Assembly: GCA_963827235.1 (NCBI GenBank) | Contig: CAWHAE010000005.1 | Coordinates: 15,660 to 79,659 of the forward strand | Source: an uncultured bacterium | Lineage (GTDB): Bacteria > Chloroflexota > UBA5177 > JANWHV01 | Reading direction: 5' to 3' | DNA: 64,000 nucleotides | Part shown: positions 49,161 through 58,444 of the stretch, piece after piece | Layout: every line of letters starts with the position of its first letter | Position numbering within the stretch: position 1 is the first letter of the stretch | Position numbers and translations under genes: made by a program | Notes under the pieces: generated by a model | The model's database searches: none | The model's input: only the letters and a program-made list of their open reading frames with translations | Told to the model about the DNA's origin: nothing

Positions 49161-49720
49161 ACCGGTTCCTCCAGGTGACTGCGGTCGTTGAGCAGAGAGA
49201 TGGTGGCAAGGCCCGGCGCGCAGTCCACGATCGAGACACTCGCGCAATCCAGGCGGAAGCTCCAGTGGCGCGCGGGGGGCAGATCGAGCAGCAGGCACAG
49301 CAAGACCCGTAGCGGACCGCCGTGCGACACCACGAGCACGTGCCCACCCTCGTATGTGGACCGTGAGCCGGCAAGCCAGCCGCGCAGGCGGCAACCGAGA
49401 TCGTCCAGCGCGCGCGGTGCCTCGGTATGCGACGCCTGGTCGCCGCCTTCGGCAACGCCGAAATCCAGCTCGCGCAACGCGGACAGCGTGGCAGCTACCA
49501 CGCCCGGGTGCGCCTCGAGAATGGTGGCAGCGGTATCGGATGCCCGCCGCAGGTCGCTGGAACAGGCGGCGGTGAACCGGGCTCCGGCCAGCCGATCCCG
49601 CAGTCGCACAGCCTGCCGGGCGCCGATCGCCGACAGCGGCAGGTCGGTCGCGCCGAGCAGCCGGCGCTCCGCGCTCCAGGACGTCTCCGCATGCCGTACC
49701 AGGGTCAGCCTGTAGCTCAC
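49157..49720 (-). CDS. cobC: Histidine phosphatase, alpha-ribazole phosphatase-like
   Basis: LVRHAET, SSDL.RA, LRE.DFG, VSHGG; position in cob operon. Confidence 0.75.
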   Translation of the reverse strand: MSYRLTLVRHAETSWSAERRLLGATDLPLSAIGARQAVRLRDRLAGARFTAACSSDLRRASDTAATILEAHPGVVAATLSALRELDFGVAEGGDQASHTEAPRALDDLGCRLRGWLAGSRSTYEGGHVLVVSHGGPLRVLLCLLLDLPPARHWSFRLDCASVSIVDCAPGLATISLLNDRSHLEEPV

Positions 49721-49722
49721 GC

Positions 49723-50496
49723 CTACAACCTCGCCGCGCATAGCACCAACGCGGCGGCGGTGGTCAGCTCGCAGATAGCGCCGTAGACGTCGCCCGTCAG
49801 GCCGCCCAGCCGGGAGGTCACCCAGCGCCCAACGCCCATAGCCACCGCGAAGCCAAGGCCGACCGGCCACGAGAGGGCGAAGCCGATGGCACCCGCGATC
49901 AACGCGGTCCAGCAGCCGGCCTGCACGACATGATGCAGCTTGAGTCCCATCCTGAACGCCGTACCCTTCCCCTCGGATCGCGCGTAGGGAAAGGCCCAGA
50001 CGGCTACCGCCATGGCCCATCGACCGATAGTGGGCGCCACGATCAAGGCCGCCGCTCGGCGCTGGCCGTGCATGCCGGCCAGCGCCGCGTAGTCCAGGAG
50101 CAGGACGAGCGCCACGCAGATCACGCCGAAGCTGCCGGCGCGGCTATCGCGCATGATCTCCAGCCGGCGATCGCGATCGCGATCGCCGAACAGTCCGTCG
50201 CAGGCGTCGATCAAGCCGTCGAGATGGAGCCCGCCCGTGAGCGCGGCGAAGAGAGCCAGATCGAGGGCGGTGATCACCGGTCTCGGCAGCACCTGCCCAA
50301 GAACGGCGTCGACGCCGGCCACGAAGGCGCCCAGCAGCGCGCCCACCAGTGGAAAACAGGATACCGCCCGCCCGAACCCGGCCTCCGGCGCAATGCGGAC
50401 AGCGGGCATCGGCACTACGGTGAGGAAGCCGGCCGCCAGAACCAGCCAGTGCCCCCAATCGGCGAGCGCCTCGCCAAGACGCGAATGACTAGACAT
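49723..50496 (-). CDS. cobS: Adenosylcobinamide-GDP ribazoletransferase (cobalamin synthase)
   Basis: FLT, TGGLHLDG..D..DG, IMRDSR.G.FG, GGLTGDVYGA..E. Confidence 0.95.
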   Translation of the reverse strand: MSSHSRLGEALADWGHWLVLAAGFLTVVPMPAVRIAPEAGFGRAVSCFPLVGALLGAFVAGVDAVLGQVLPRPVITALDLALFAALTGGLHLDGLIDACDGLFGDRDRDRRLEIMRDSRAGSFGVICVALVLLLDYAALAGMHGQRRAAALIVAPTIGRWAMAVAVWAFPYARSEGKGTAFRMGLKLHHVVQAGCWTALIAGAIGFALSWPVGLGFAVAMGVGRWVTSRLGGLTGDVYGAICELTTAAALVLCAARL

Positions 50497-50600
50497 GGGT
50501 CTCTCCAGAGCATCAGATGGCGGTACGATGCCGCGCATCGCGCGGAGACACCTACCGCGGGCTGGGGGCGCCGCCGGCGGCGCCGCGGGAGATCAAGAAA

Positions 50601-50627
50601 CCCCTTCGACCATGGCGGACGAAGGGG
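50601..50627 (-). terminator. Riboswitch-controlled terminator hairpin
   Basis: CCCCTTCG...CGAAGGGG followed by TTTCTT on the minus strand. Confidence 0.6.
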
Positions 50628-50660
50628 CCACCCTCAAGGCGCGACGCTCATCACTACTTG

Positions 50661-50811
50661 CCCCTTTCTTCCGAAGGTGCGTCGTATGCCTCAGAGGCCG
50701 GTTTTCTGGCTTCCGGCCCTGACGGCCGGTTACAGTAGCGGGACTGTGCCGGATTCTCACCGGACTTGCCCATTTGAGTCGAGGTGATGAAGCCTCGACA
50801 CCTCTGAGAAC
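50661..50811 (-). promoter_or_regulatory. Cobalamin riboswitch (compact) upstream of cobS operon
   Basis: Same conserved blocks as 45702..45852; extended -10 TGCTACACT at 50835-50843. Confidence 0.9.
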
Positions 50812-50879
50812 GCTGCTATGCAACTATCGCAAGCAGTGTAGCACGAGGCCGGCCCCTACGCCAGGCCGCCTCGCCGGTC

Positions 50880-52718
50880 GGGCGGACCTGGAAGATGTGA
50901 TCAACTGGGAGAAAGGGCGAAGCCGGGAGGGCACGGGGAGGCCGGTGGATGGGGCCAGCGCAGGCTGCTTGGCGGCAGGTGGTGTCTGGCGCACGCGGTG
51001 GGGCGCTGCGGATGGCAGCGATCTGCGCAGCGGAGGGCGACGATAAGGTACCCTCGACGCTTGCACGGCCAAGCAATCAAACACAACAGCCGTGCCTAGG
51101 CGAGGGTACGTAGTGGATCGTAGCGAACGCATGGCTGCGGTGGTGGCGGAAGTGGGACAGATCCTGCACGAGGGGCTGGGGTCGTTGTACGCGCAAGCAC
51201 GCGGCACGGATCTGGGCAACATCGAGGTGCGGGTGCAGGCGCTCTTACGGCGGGTCGGGGGGCTGCTGGTGGGCGACCTGGCGGCGTGGGCGGCGGCCGA
51301 GGTGCCGACGGTGGCCCCGCCGTGTGCCGGGTGCGGCCAGCCGATGCGGCGGGTGGGGCTGCGGGCGCGGCAGCTGGTGGGGCTGGTGGGGGACGTGCAG
51401 CTGCAGCGGCCCTACTTTCACTGTGCGGCCTGCGGAGTCGGGCAGGCGCCGGCGGACGCGCTGTGGGGCTTGGACCGCGGGATGCTGACGCCGGGGCTGG
51501 CGCGAGTGGCGGCGCGGGACGGGCTGGAGGCGCCCTTCGGCTATGGCGCCAGTCTGCTGGAGGAGCATTTGGGGGTGCAGGTGGACGAGGAGGTGCTCCG
51601 GCGCGTGACCGAGCAGCTGGGCCACCTAGTCGATGCGGACCAGGCGGCGGCGTCGCCGGTGCCGGTGACCGCCCCGCCGGCGGACGTGGACACGCTGGTG
51701 GTGGAGCTGGATGGGGGGATGGTGCACCTGCGCCGCGCCTGGAGCGAACTGAAGGCGGGCCGGGTGGCCCCGCTGGGACCCACCTTGCTGGCAGACCCGG
51801 ACAGCGGCGACCGCTATCTGGCCCTGGGACCGTCGTGCTACTGCGCGGGTGTGGAATCCTGCGACGACTTCTGGCCGCGGCTGGTGCGCGAGGCGGTGCG
51901 GGCGGGATTGGGCCGGCACCTCAAGCGCGTGGTGGTGCTGGCGGACGGCGCCGAGTGGATCTGGCACCAGGCGCGCTGCCAGTTGGGCTTGCCGGGCGTG
52001 GAGGTGATCGAAATCCTGGACTTCTACCATGCCAGCCAGCACCTGGCGCAGGTGGCCGTCGCCATCTATGGCGCTGAGAGTGACGTGGGCCAGCTGTGGC
52101 TGGACAAGCAGTGCCACGCCTTGCGCCACCAAGGGGTCGCCCCCGTGCTGGCGGCGTTGGACCGACTGCACCCCCGCAAGCACACCGCGGCGAAGGTCCT
52201 GCGGCTGACCCGCGCCTACCTGGCGGACCATGCCCAGCGGGCGGACTACCCGGCCTTCCGCGCACGCCTGCTCCCGATCGGCTCGGGGGCTATCGAGGGT
52301 ACTGTCAAGAACCTCATCCAGGCGCGCGCCGTGCAAGCAGGCATGCGCTGGACACAGCCCGGGGCCCATGCCCTGGCCAACCTGCGCGCCTTGCACCGTT
52401 CGCCGGGCCGCTGGTTCGCCCTCTGGCAGTCGCGCCCGCTCTGTCGCGCTCTCGCACTGGCCCAGGCAGCGGCAGCACCCCCGCCCCGTGCCGCGACCCA
52501 GACTCCCCACACGCCACCGGCCAGCCCCGCCGTGCCAACCACAGCGACGCCACCAGACGAGTCCCTCCCCTCGCCGACCGCACCCCAGTGCCGCAGCCGC
52601 ATCCAGGCGGACGGCAAACCCTGGGGCAAAGGCAAAGGCTACTGGGGACGCGTGCCGGTTTGCCAGAAGCGCTTCGCGTGATCTTGCCTACAGGAGATCA
52701 CATATCTCAGGTCCGCCC
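50880..52718 (+). mobile_element. Complete insertion sequence, ISKra4/ISLre2-like (Mutator-related DDE), 1839 bp
   Basis: TIRs GGGCGGACCTG..A.ATGTGATC (20/23 identical); 9-bp TSD TCGCCGGTC at 50871-50879 and 52719-52727. Confidence 0.92.
51092..52681 (+). CDS. ISKra4/ISLre2-like transposase; start uncertain (ATG at 51131 possible)
   Basis: CxxC..CxxC, ELDGG, ADGAEWIW, ILDFYHA..HL, PIGSGAIEG, GMRW. Confidence 0.9.
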   Translation: MPRRGYVVDRSERMAAVVAEVGQILHEGLGSLYAQARGTDLGNIEVRVQALLRRVGGLLVGDLAAWAAAEVPTVAPPCAGCGQPMRRVGLRARQLVGLVGDVQLQRPYFHCAACGVGQAPADALWGLDRGMLTPGLARVAARDGLEAPFGYGASLLEEHLGVQVDEEVLRRVTEQLGHLVDADQAAASPVPVTAPPADVDTLVVELDGGMVHLRRAWSELKAGRVAPLGPTLLADPDSGDRYLALGPSCYCAGVESCDDFWPRLVREAVRAGLGRHLKRVVVLADGAEWIWHQARCQLGLPGVEVIEILDFYHASQHLAQVAVAIYGAESDVGQLWLDKQCHALRHQGVAPVLAALDRLHPRKHTAAKVLRLTRAYLADHAQRADYPAFRARLLPIGSGAIEGTVKNLIQARAVQAGMRWTQPGAHALANLRALHRSPGRWFALWQSRPLCRALALAQAAAAPPPRAATQTPHTPPASPAVPTTATPPDESLPSPTAPQCRSRIQADGKPWGKGKGYWGRVPVCQKRFA

Positions 52719-52736
52719 TCGCCGGTCGAGGATGAG

Positions 52737-53414
52737 CTACCGCGTCTCCGCGACGTACACGGTGTCACCCGCTTCAACCAGCGCCGCTCCCGCGGTCAGG
52801 TCGCCCAGCAGGGTTTCGAACGACGCTTCCTCGCCGGCCGGCACATGCACGGAGATACTCACCACATCGGTGAACGTGGTCTGCTGCAGCGCGATACCCA
52901 GGCGGCGCAGGGCTTGCTCGACGGCGCCAAAGTGCTGGTACTCCACCGTCGCCGCCATCTCCGTATGCGGCACCATGCGCAGCAGGCCGGCGCCGCGCAA
53001 GGCTTCAGCCGCCGCCTGGCTGTAAGCACGCGTGAGACCGCCGCTGCCGAGCAATGTGCCGCCGAAATACCGCGTCACCACCACAGCAGTGTCGACCACG
53101 TCCTCGCGGATCAGGACCTCCATGATCGGCCTGCCGGCCGTGCCGCCGGGTTCGCCGTCGTCCGAGAATCGTGCCGCCCCGGCGCCGCGACCGATCCGGT
53201 AGGCAAAAGCATGATGGCTGGCCTCCGGATAGTCGTGCTTGACGCGCGCCAGCAGGCTCTGGAAGCCGTCTACTCCGGCAACCGGCTCCGCGCGACCGAG
53301 GAAACGCGACCGCTTGATCTCGAGCTCCGAATTCCCGGCCTGCCGCAGTGTATGGAAGACACGTTCCGCCATGCTCACGTCCTGCTGGCGCGGCCGCGTC
53401 CGCTCGCCGGCCAT
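52737..53414 (-). CDS. yigZ: YigZ/IMPACT family protein
   Basis: IKRSRF, ASHHAFAY, SDDGEPGGTAG.P, VTRYFGG.LLG.GGL.RAY. Confidence 0.92.
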   Translation of the reverse strand: MAGERTRPRQQDVSMAERVFHTLRQAGNSELEIKRSRFLGRAEPVAGVDGFQSLLARVKHDYPEASHHAFAYRIGRGAGAARFSDDGEPGGTAGRPIMEVLIREDVVDTAVVVTRYFGGTLLGSGGLTRAYSQAAAEALRGAGLLRMVPHTEMAATVEYQHFGAVEQALRRLGIALQQTTFTDVVSISVHVPAGEEASFETLLGDLTAGAALVEAGDTVYVAETR

Positions 53415-53415
53415 C

Positions 53416-56181
53416 TCACTTGAACCAGCTCTGCTCGCGCATGTCCTGCATGCCCACCAGGCCTGCCTCTACCGCGTAGGCCGTCCCGGCGTGCTCCGCG
53501 TGGTACTCCAAACGGCCGTTCTCAAACCATTGCGTCGGATACTCCCTGCCTGTGCCGTCGCCGTTCGCCTCGGGCGCCACCTCCGAGATCGGCGCTCCCA
53601 GCAGGATGTCTCCATGGTGCGCGTTCCAGTAGCCGAGAAACCTGCCGGATAGCGTGTGGTGCGTCTGCGGAAAGTAGCGCCGGGCGGCCGTGGACGGGAC
53701 TGCCGGCACAGGCGAGAAGGCTCGGCCGGACGTCAGCAGGCGGCCGACCGGGGCAGACACCAGCCTGCCGTTCACGCGCTGCAGCAGCGCGCGCTCCAGA
53801 TACTGCGAGAGGTGTGCGTCTTGCACGAAGGGTTCGCTGACCGGGCTTCCCAACGCGGCAAGGCCCCCGTACGCCGTCCAGTATTGCAGGAACTGTCCGG
53901 ACATGTTGTGGTGCGCGGAGGCGAAGTAGCGCGCGCCCGGCGACGGGGGCGCGGCGTCGGACGGCCTGGTGGCCGGCACGGCGATCGGCCGATCGCCGGA
54001 CGGATGAACCATCTCGATTCCACTGGTGTCGAGCACGAAGACATCGCCCGAGCCCAGATCGACGCCCACGGTATCCGGCCCAATGCCGACCCTGATCGTC
54101 ACCCGACGCGCGCCCGTTGTCACGTCGAACGCCGCCAGCTCACCGGGATCTATGGGAATCCCATAATGGTTTCTGTTGACGGCGAAGCTCGCGTAGAGCA
54201 GCCCGCGCGACGGATCGACCGCGATCGCGGTCGGCGTCGACGGATCCAGCATGCTGACACGGCCGGTCGCCGGGTCGAGTGCCTGCAAGCCGAAGTACGT
54301 GGCGGCATAAACGGTCCCGCTGGCAGGATCCTCGGCCAGGCTGCTCAAAAAGGCGTCTCCATCGCTCCCCAGGCCGAACTCGTGGCGAACCAGACCGGAC
54401 GCGGCGTCTAGAACGGCGATCTTCTCCGTTGCGCTCGCGTCGACGTAGCCGACGAACACCTGCCCTCTCTTTTCGTCGACATCGGTCGGGCCGCCGATCC
54501 CGGCGACCCTGTGCACCACCGTGCCGGTCGTGGCATCGAGCACCAGGAGGCTCGTGTTCGGGCCGGCCACGTTCATACCCGGATAAGGCGACGACACGTC
54601 GCCGGACACGAAGGCCCGATTCGCGCGTGCGTCGACCACCAGGTTGCTGGGATTGCTGATCGGAACGGTTGACTCGAGGGCGCCCGACATGTCCAGGATG
54701 GCGACCGCCCCCGGCTCGAGCACCAGGAGCCGCCCGGCCATCGCGTCGACAGCAACCTGCGAGGGAGCTGGAAGCGTCAAAGGTGCACCCAACCGGGCGC
54801 CCGTCGTGGCATCGAGCAGGGCCAGCCCGGCCGCGCCGGCCGGCACGTAGAGGCGGCCGCTCTTCTCGTCCAGAGCCATCGCTCCCGAGGCGCTCAGCTT
54901 GACCCCGGCGATCGCGCGCTCGTTCTTCGTGTCGACTACGTCAATCTGGCCGTCCCCATCTCGCACGAACGCCCTGCCGCGGGCCGGATCGAGCACGAGC
55001 GCGCCTGGGCCATCCGGCAGCGGAGCCATGCCGCCGTCACGGGTGCCGACGGCGGGCAGCGAAACCGTGTGTACGGTCATCGCGCCGGCGGCGCAGAGCG
55101 AGCCGCTCTCGTGGGCGAAGCGCGCGCCGATGCTCCAGACGTCGAGTGGACCGAGTGCCGCCATCGCGGTCGCGCCCCCCTCGGGCACCGTGGCCTCGAC
55201 CCAGCGCGTGCCGTCCCAGTGCGCGATCGCGGTGCCTCCGGCCGCCCACACGTCGCGAGTGGAAACAGCGGCAACGGAGGAGAATCCCGTCTGAGGCCCG
55301 CCGGTGCCGGCCACCACGTGCCAGGCCGTGCCGGCGCGGTGCAATACGAGCGGCTTGCCCGACGTCGCCATGGCCGAGCCCGTGTACCCGACGGCCCACA
55401 GGTCACCGCTCGACACGCCCGCGACGGCGGTCAGACGCGCGATCTGGCCCGAGATGGGTGGCAGCGGGATCGCGAGCCACTGACGGCCGTCCCAGTGCTC
55501 CACGAGCGGTTTGACGGTGCTTCCGACGGTCTCGCCGACCGCCCAGACATCGCCGGTGGCCACGGCAACCAGACCGTTGAGGGTGCCGTTCTGCGAGGCC
55601 GGCGAAGCCGTGCTCCGCCATGAACGTCCATCCCAGTGCAAGGCCACGGTGCCGCCGCGCCCACCCGTGTAGCCGCCTGCGGCCCACACGTCTGAGCCGG
55701 ATACTGCCGCGACGGCATTCAGTGTGAAGCCGCTGCCGAGTCCCGTAGCGCGGCTCCAGCGAGCGCCATTCCAGTGTTCGAGCAGCGGCATCGCCGTCGT
55801 CGAGCCGGTGGCGTAGGCGACGCCGTCGACCCACACGTCGCTCGGCGACACTGCCGTCACTCCCAGCAGCCGGGCATCGGATCCGGCTGGACTGGCTCCC
55901 GGCACGATCTTCCAGCGGGAGCCGTCCCACCGCTGCACGCTTCCGGCATCGTGACCGGCGATCTGCACCGTCCCTACCGCCCACACGTCTACAGAAGAGG
56001 CAGCCGACGCGGCGACCAATCCCCGGGCATCGCCCGGCACGATCCGCCATTGCGTGCATGCCGGTCCGGCAGCCGGCATACGCGCTGCCAGAGAGGCTGC
56101 CGCAGGCACGCCGCCGAGTGCCGGCAACGCGCATGCCGATAGCAGCACGACTGCCTCCAGCCAGGCGCGGAGTGCATGCAA
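53416..56181 (-). CDS. Secreted protein: two beta-propellers plus Chloroflexota-type C-terminal repeats
   Basis: TTG start after GAGGAGG; signal peptide; seven DVWAVG..HWDG..W repeats; YVTN/YncE-like blades; two RYF..H...G.FL.YW...LG.P.SE repeats. Confidence 0.8.
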   Translation of the reverse strand: MHALRAWLEAVVLLSACALPALGGVPAAASLAARMPAAGPACTQWRIVPGDARGLVAASAASSVDVWAVGTVQIAGHDAGSVQRWDGSRWKIVPGASPAGSDARLLGVTAVSPSDVWVDGVAYATGSTTAMPLLEHWNGARWSRATGLGSGFTLNAVAAVSGSDVWAAGGYTGGRGGTVALHWDGRSWRSTASPASQNGTLNGLVAVATGDVWAVGETVGSTVKPLVEHWDGRQWLAIPLPPISGQIARLTAVAGVSSGDLWAVGYTGSAMATSGKPLVLHRAGTAWHVVAGTGGPQTGFSSVAAVSTRDVWAAGGTAIAHWDGTRWVEATVPEGGATAMAALGPLDVWSIGARFAHESGSLCAAGAMTVHTVSLPAVGTRDGGMAPLPDGPGALVLDPARGRAFVRDGDGQIDVVDTKNERAIAGVKLSASGAMALDEKSGRLYVPAGAAGLALLDATTGARLGAPLTLPAPSQVAVDAMAGRLLVLEPGAVAILDMSGALESTVPISNPSNLVVDARANRAFVSGDVSSPYPGMNVAGPNTSLLVLDATTGTVVHRVAGIGGPTDVDEKRGQVFVGYVDASATEKIAVLDAASGLVRHEFGLGSDGDAFLSSLAEDPASGTVYAATYFGLQALDPATGRVSMLDPSTPTAIAVDPSRGLLYASFAVNRNHYGIPIDPGELAAFDVTTGARRVTIRVGIGPDTVGVDLGSGDVFVLDTSGIEMVHPSGDRPIAVPATRPSDAAPPSPGARYFASAHHNMSGQFLQYWTAYGGLAALGSPVSEPFVQDAHLSQYLERALLQRVNGRLVSAPVGRLLTSGRAFSPVPAVPSTAARRYFPQTHHTLSGRFLGYWNAHHGDILLGAPISEVAPEANGDGTGREYPTQWFENGRLEYHAEHAGTAYAVEAGLVGMQDMREQSWFK

Positions 56182-56742
56182 CTCGATCGCCTCCTCTCGG
56201 TCGCGGCAGGTAGTCGATCCGGTCCCCAAGCCCAAGCTTGGCGGCATTCATTCGCCGGCCGGCAATCCGGCCTGTGTACCTACAGGAACAGTGTGATCCG
56301 GCCGCGTCGATCAGCACAAGGGCGCTGGTCGTACTCCTGGACCGGACCATTGCTTTAGCAGGCCAGTTCAATCCGTCCGCATCGGTCTCCGGCATGTCTA
56401 TCGACGGCGCCGGCGCGGCAGGACATTCCTTGCGCCCAGCACCTCGTTTCGCGAGCAGTGCCGCCGTGCCGGCTCGTGGATATGGCTTGCGTCCGGCGAT
56501 CCCGGAGTATTCGCCGGCGGAATCAACGTCCAGGCGGGCGGCTGCGAGACGCCCCCGCGACTCTCGGCGGAAGTTTCTGGCATAACTGAGATACTGCGAA
56601 GCCGAATCGTCGAGCGCGCTTTGTCAACGGCATGCAGACGGCATACCCGGTTTCGGCTGCCCCGCGGGAGGCGAGGCAGGTACGGCAGAGCTGCCGGGCT
56701 CGCGCCGGGGCGTTATGCTTGGTGAAGAGAGCGGAGGCGACG

Positions 56743-57474
56743 ATGGGACATGGCTCGCGAAGATCGGGTGGCCGGGCAAACGACCAGCTGAGGCCGGTGC
56801 GCCTGACGCCCGGGTTCTTTCGCTTTGCCGAGGGCTCGATGCTGATCGAGGTAGGTGACACGCGCGTCGCCTGCGCGGTGAGCGTGGAGGAGCGGGTGCC
56901 GCCGTGGCTGGTCGGCAAGGGGCGGGGCTGGGTCACGGCCGAATATGCCATGCTGCCTCGCGCCACTCCAACCCGCAATGCCCGGGAGGCCGTGCGCGGC
57001 GGGCTCACCGGGCGCACCCATGAGATACAGCGTCTGATCGGCCGCTCGCTGAGGCCGGCGGTCGATCTCAAGCTACTTGGCGAGCGGACGCTCACCGTCG
57101 ACTGCGACGTGCTGCAGGCAGACGGCGGCACGCGCACGGCGGCGATCACCGGCGCGTACCTGGCAATCAAGCAGGCGATTGCCAAGCTGATCGCGGATCG
57201 TGTTCTCACGGCATCGCCGCTGCTGGCGCAGGTAGCGGCCGTGAGCGTCGGCATGATCAACGGCGAACCACGCTTGGATCTGAACTACGAGGAGGACAGC
57301 CGCGCCGACGTCGACTTCAACGTCGTGATGAACGGCTCTTGCGAGCTGATCGAGGTGCAAGGCACCGCGGAGGGCAAGCCGTTCTCGACCGCCGCGATGA
57401 ACGACCTTCTCGCCCTGGCCGAGCGAGGTATCCGCGAGCTGCTTGCACTCGGGCAGGCGCTCGACGGCGCATAG
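56743..57474 (+). CDS. rph: Ribonuclease PH
   Basis: [55 protein letters not shown]. Confidence 0.97.
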   Translation: MGHGSRRSGGRANDQLRPVRLTPGFFRFAEGSMLIEVGDTRVACAVSVEERVPPWLVGKGRGWVTAEYAMLPRATPTRNAREAVRGGLTGRTHEIQRLIGRSLRPAVDLKLLGERTLTVDCDVLQADGGTRTAAITGAYLAIKQAIAKLIADRVLTASPLLAQVAAVSVGMINGEPRLDLNYEEDSRADVDFNVVMNGSCELIEVQGTAEGKPFSTAAMNDLLALAERGIRELLALGQALDGA

Positions 57475-57594
57475 TGCGTCCGGCATCTGCGGCACAGGTT
57501 GCTGTGTGGGCGAAAGCGGGCTAAAACCCGCGACTTGGCGAGGAAATGAGGCTCCCCGTGCTAAAGCACATGGAATCAGGTCCGCGGCCCGTTT

Positions 57595-57622
57595 CCCGGA
57601 TGCACCACTGAGTGCGTCCGGG
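57595..57622. terminator. Hairpin between convergent rph and methyltransferase
   Basis: CCCGGATGCAC-cactga-GTGCGTCCGGG. Confidence 0.55.
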
Positions 57623-57628
57623 CGGGCT

Positions 57629-58444
57629 CTACTTCTGGAGCAAGCGCAGGCGCGCGGCCAGGATCGGGGGAATGTCGTGCACGCTCAGCCAGGAGAGAGG
57701 CGGCGCTTCGCCCGCGCCCTCCTCGAGCTGAGGCTCCTCCAGGCCATCGAGCACGAACCCGGCGGAAAAGAACTCGGCCAACAGCCGGTTTAAAGGGCGA
57801 TGGAAGTAGTAGTGCGGTACCGGCTCGCCCGGCATGCCCACCCCTTTCCCGGGCGGAAGCGTGAGGTAGCGCGACACCTTCATGGCATACTTCGACACGA
57901 TCTGATCTTCCACCTGTCCCCGCTCACCGACTATGGCGGTGCCGTTCGAGTTGAAGCAGGGGTGCTGGATCGAGAACACGAAACGCCCGCCCGGACGCAG
58001 CAGATCGGGTAGCGTGGTCGCGAGCACGCCGATGTCCGACATATCCATGAGCGCCATGCTGCAAACGGCTGCATCGAAACGCTGCCGGCCGAGCGCCAGA
58101 AGCTGCTCCCTGCTGGTAGCGTCCGCGACGCCGTACTCGATGCGTTCGGCACGCTCTTTGGTGCGCGCACGCGCGCGCTCGACGAACGTTTCGCTGAAGT
58201 CGACCGCCACGACGTGGGCGCCGAGCTCGGCCAGACGGCGTGCGACCTGCCCGTTCCCGCAGGCCACATCCAGCACCGCTTCGCCCGGCCGGACGGCGAG
58301 CAGGCGCTCGGTCGCCGGACCGACGAGCACGCGATGAAAGAGGTTGCCTTCGGCCATGCGCTCATCCCAGAACGCCGCTTTCTGCTCCCAGATCCGGCGC
58401 ACTTCCTCGTTCATCTCGCTCAGATCGCCTTTAGCTTCACTCAT
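57629..58444 (-). CDS. Class I SAM-dependent methyltransferase
   Basis: VLDVACGNG, VDFS, LRPGGRFVFSI.HPCF, HRPL. Confidence 0.9.
   Translation of the reverse strand: MSEAKGDLSEMNEEVRRIWEQKAAFWDERMAEGNLFHRVLVGPATERLLAVRPGEAVLDVACGNGQVARRLAELGAHVVAVDFSETFVERARARTKERAERIEYGVADATSREQLLALGRQRFDAAVCSMALMDMSDIGVLATTLPDLLRPGGRFVFSIQHPCFNSNGTAIVGERGQVEDQIVSKYAMKVSRYLTLPPGKGVGMPGEPVPHYYFHRPLNRLLAEFFSAGFVLDGLEEPQLEEGAGEAPPLSWLSVHDIPPILAARLRLLQK

Noticed and set aside
56190-56700. c-di-AMP or c-di-GMP riboswitch upstream of the secreted protein
   Set aside because: Signature sequences not found on the minus strand
57557-57566. Fourth CGTGCTAAAG copy as partner arm site of the tRNA repeats
   Set aside because: Single copy, inside a hairpin, on the wrong side of the tRNA and 40 kb away across core genes
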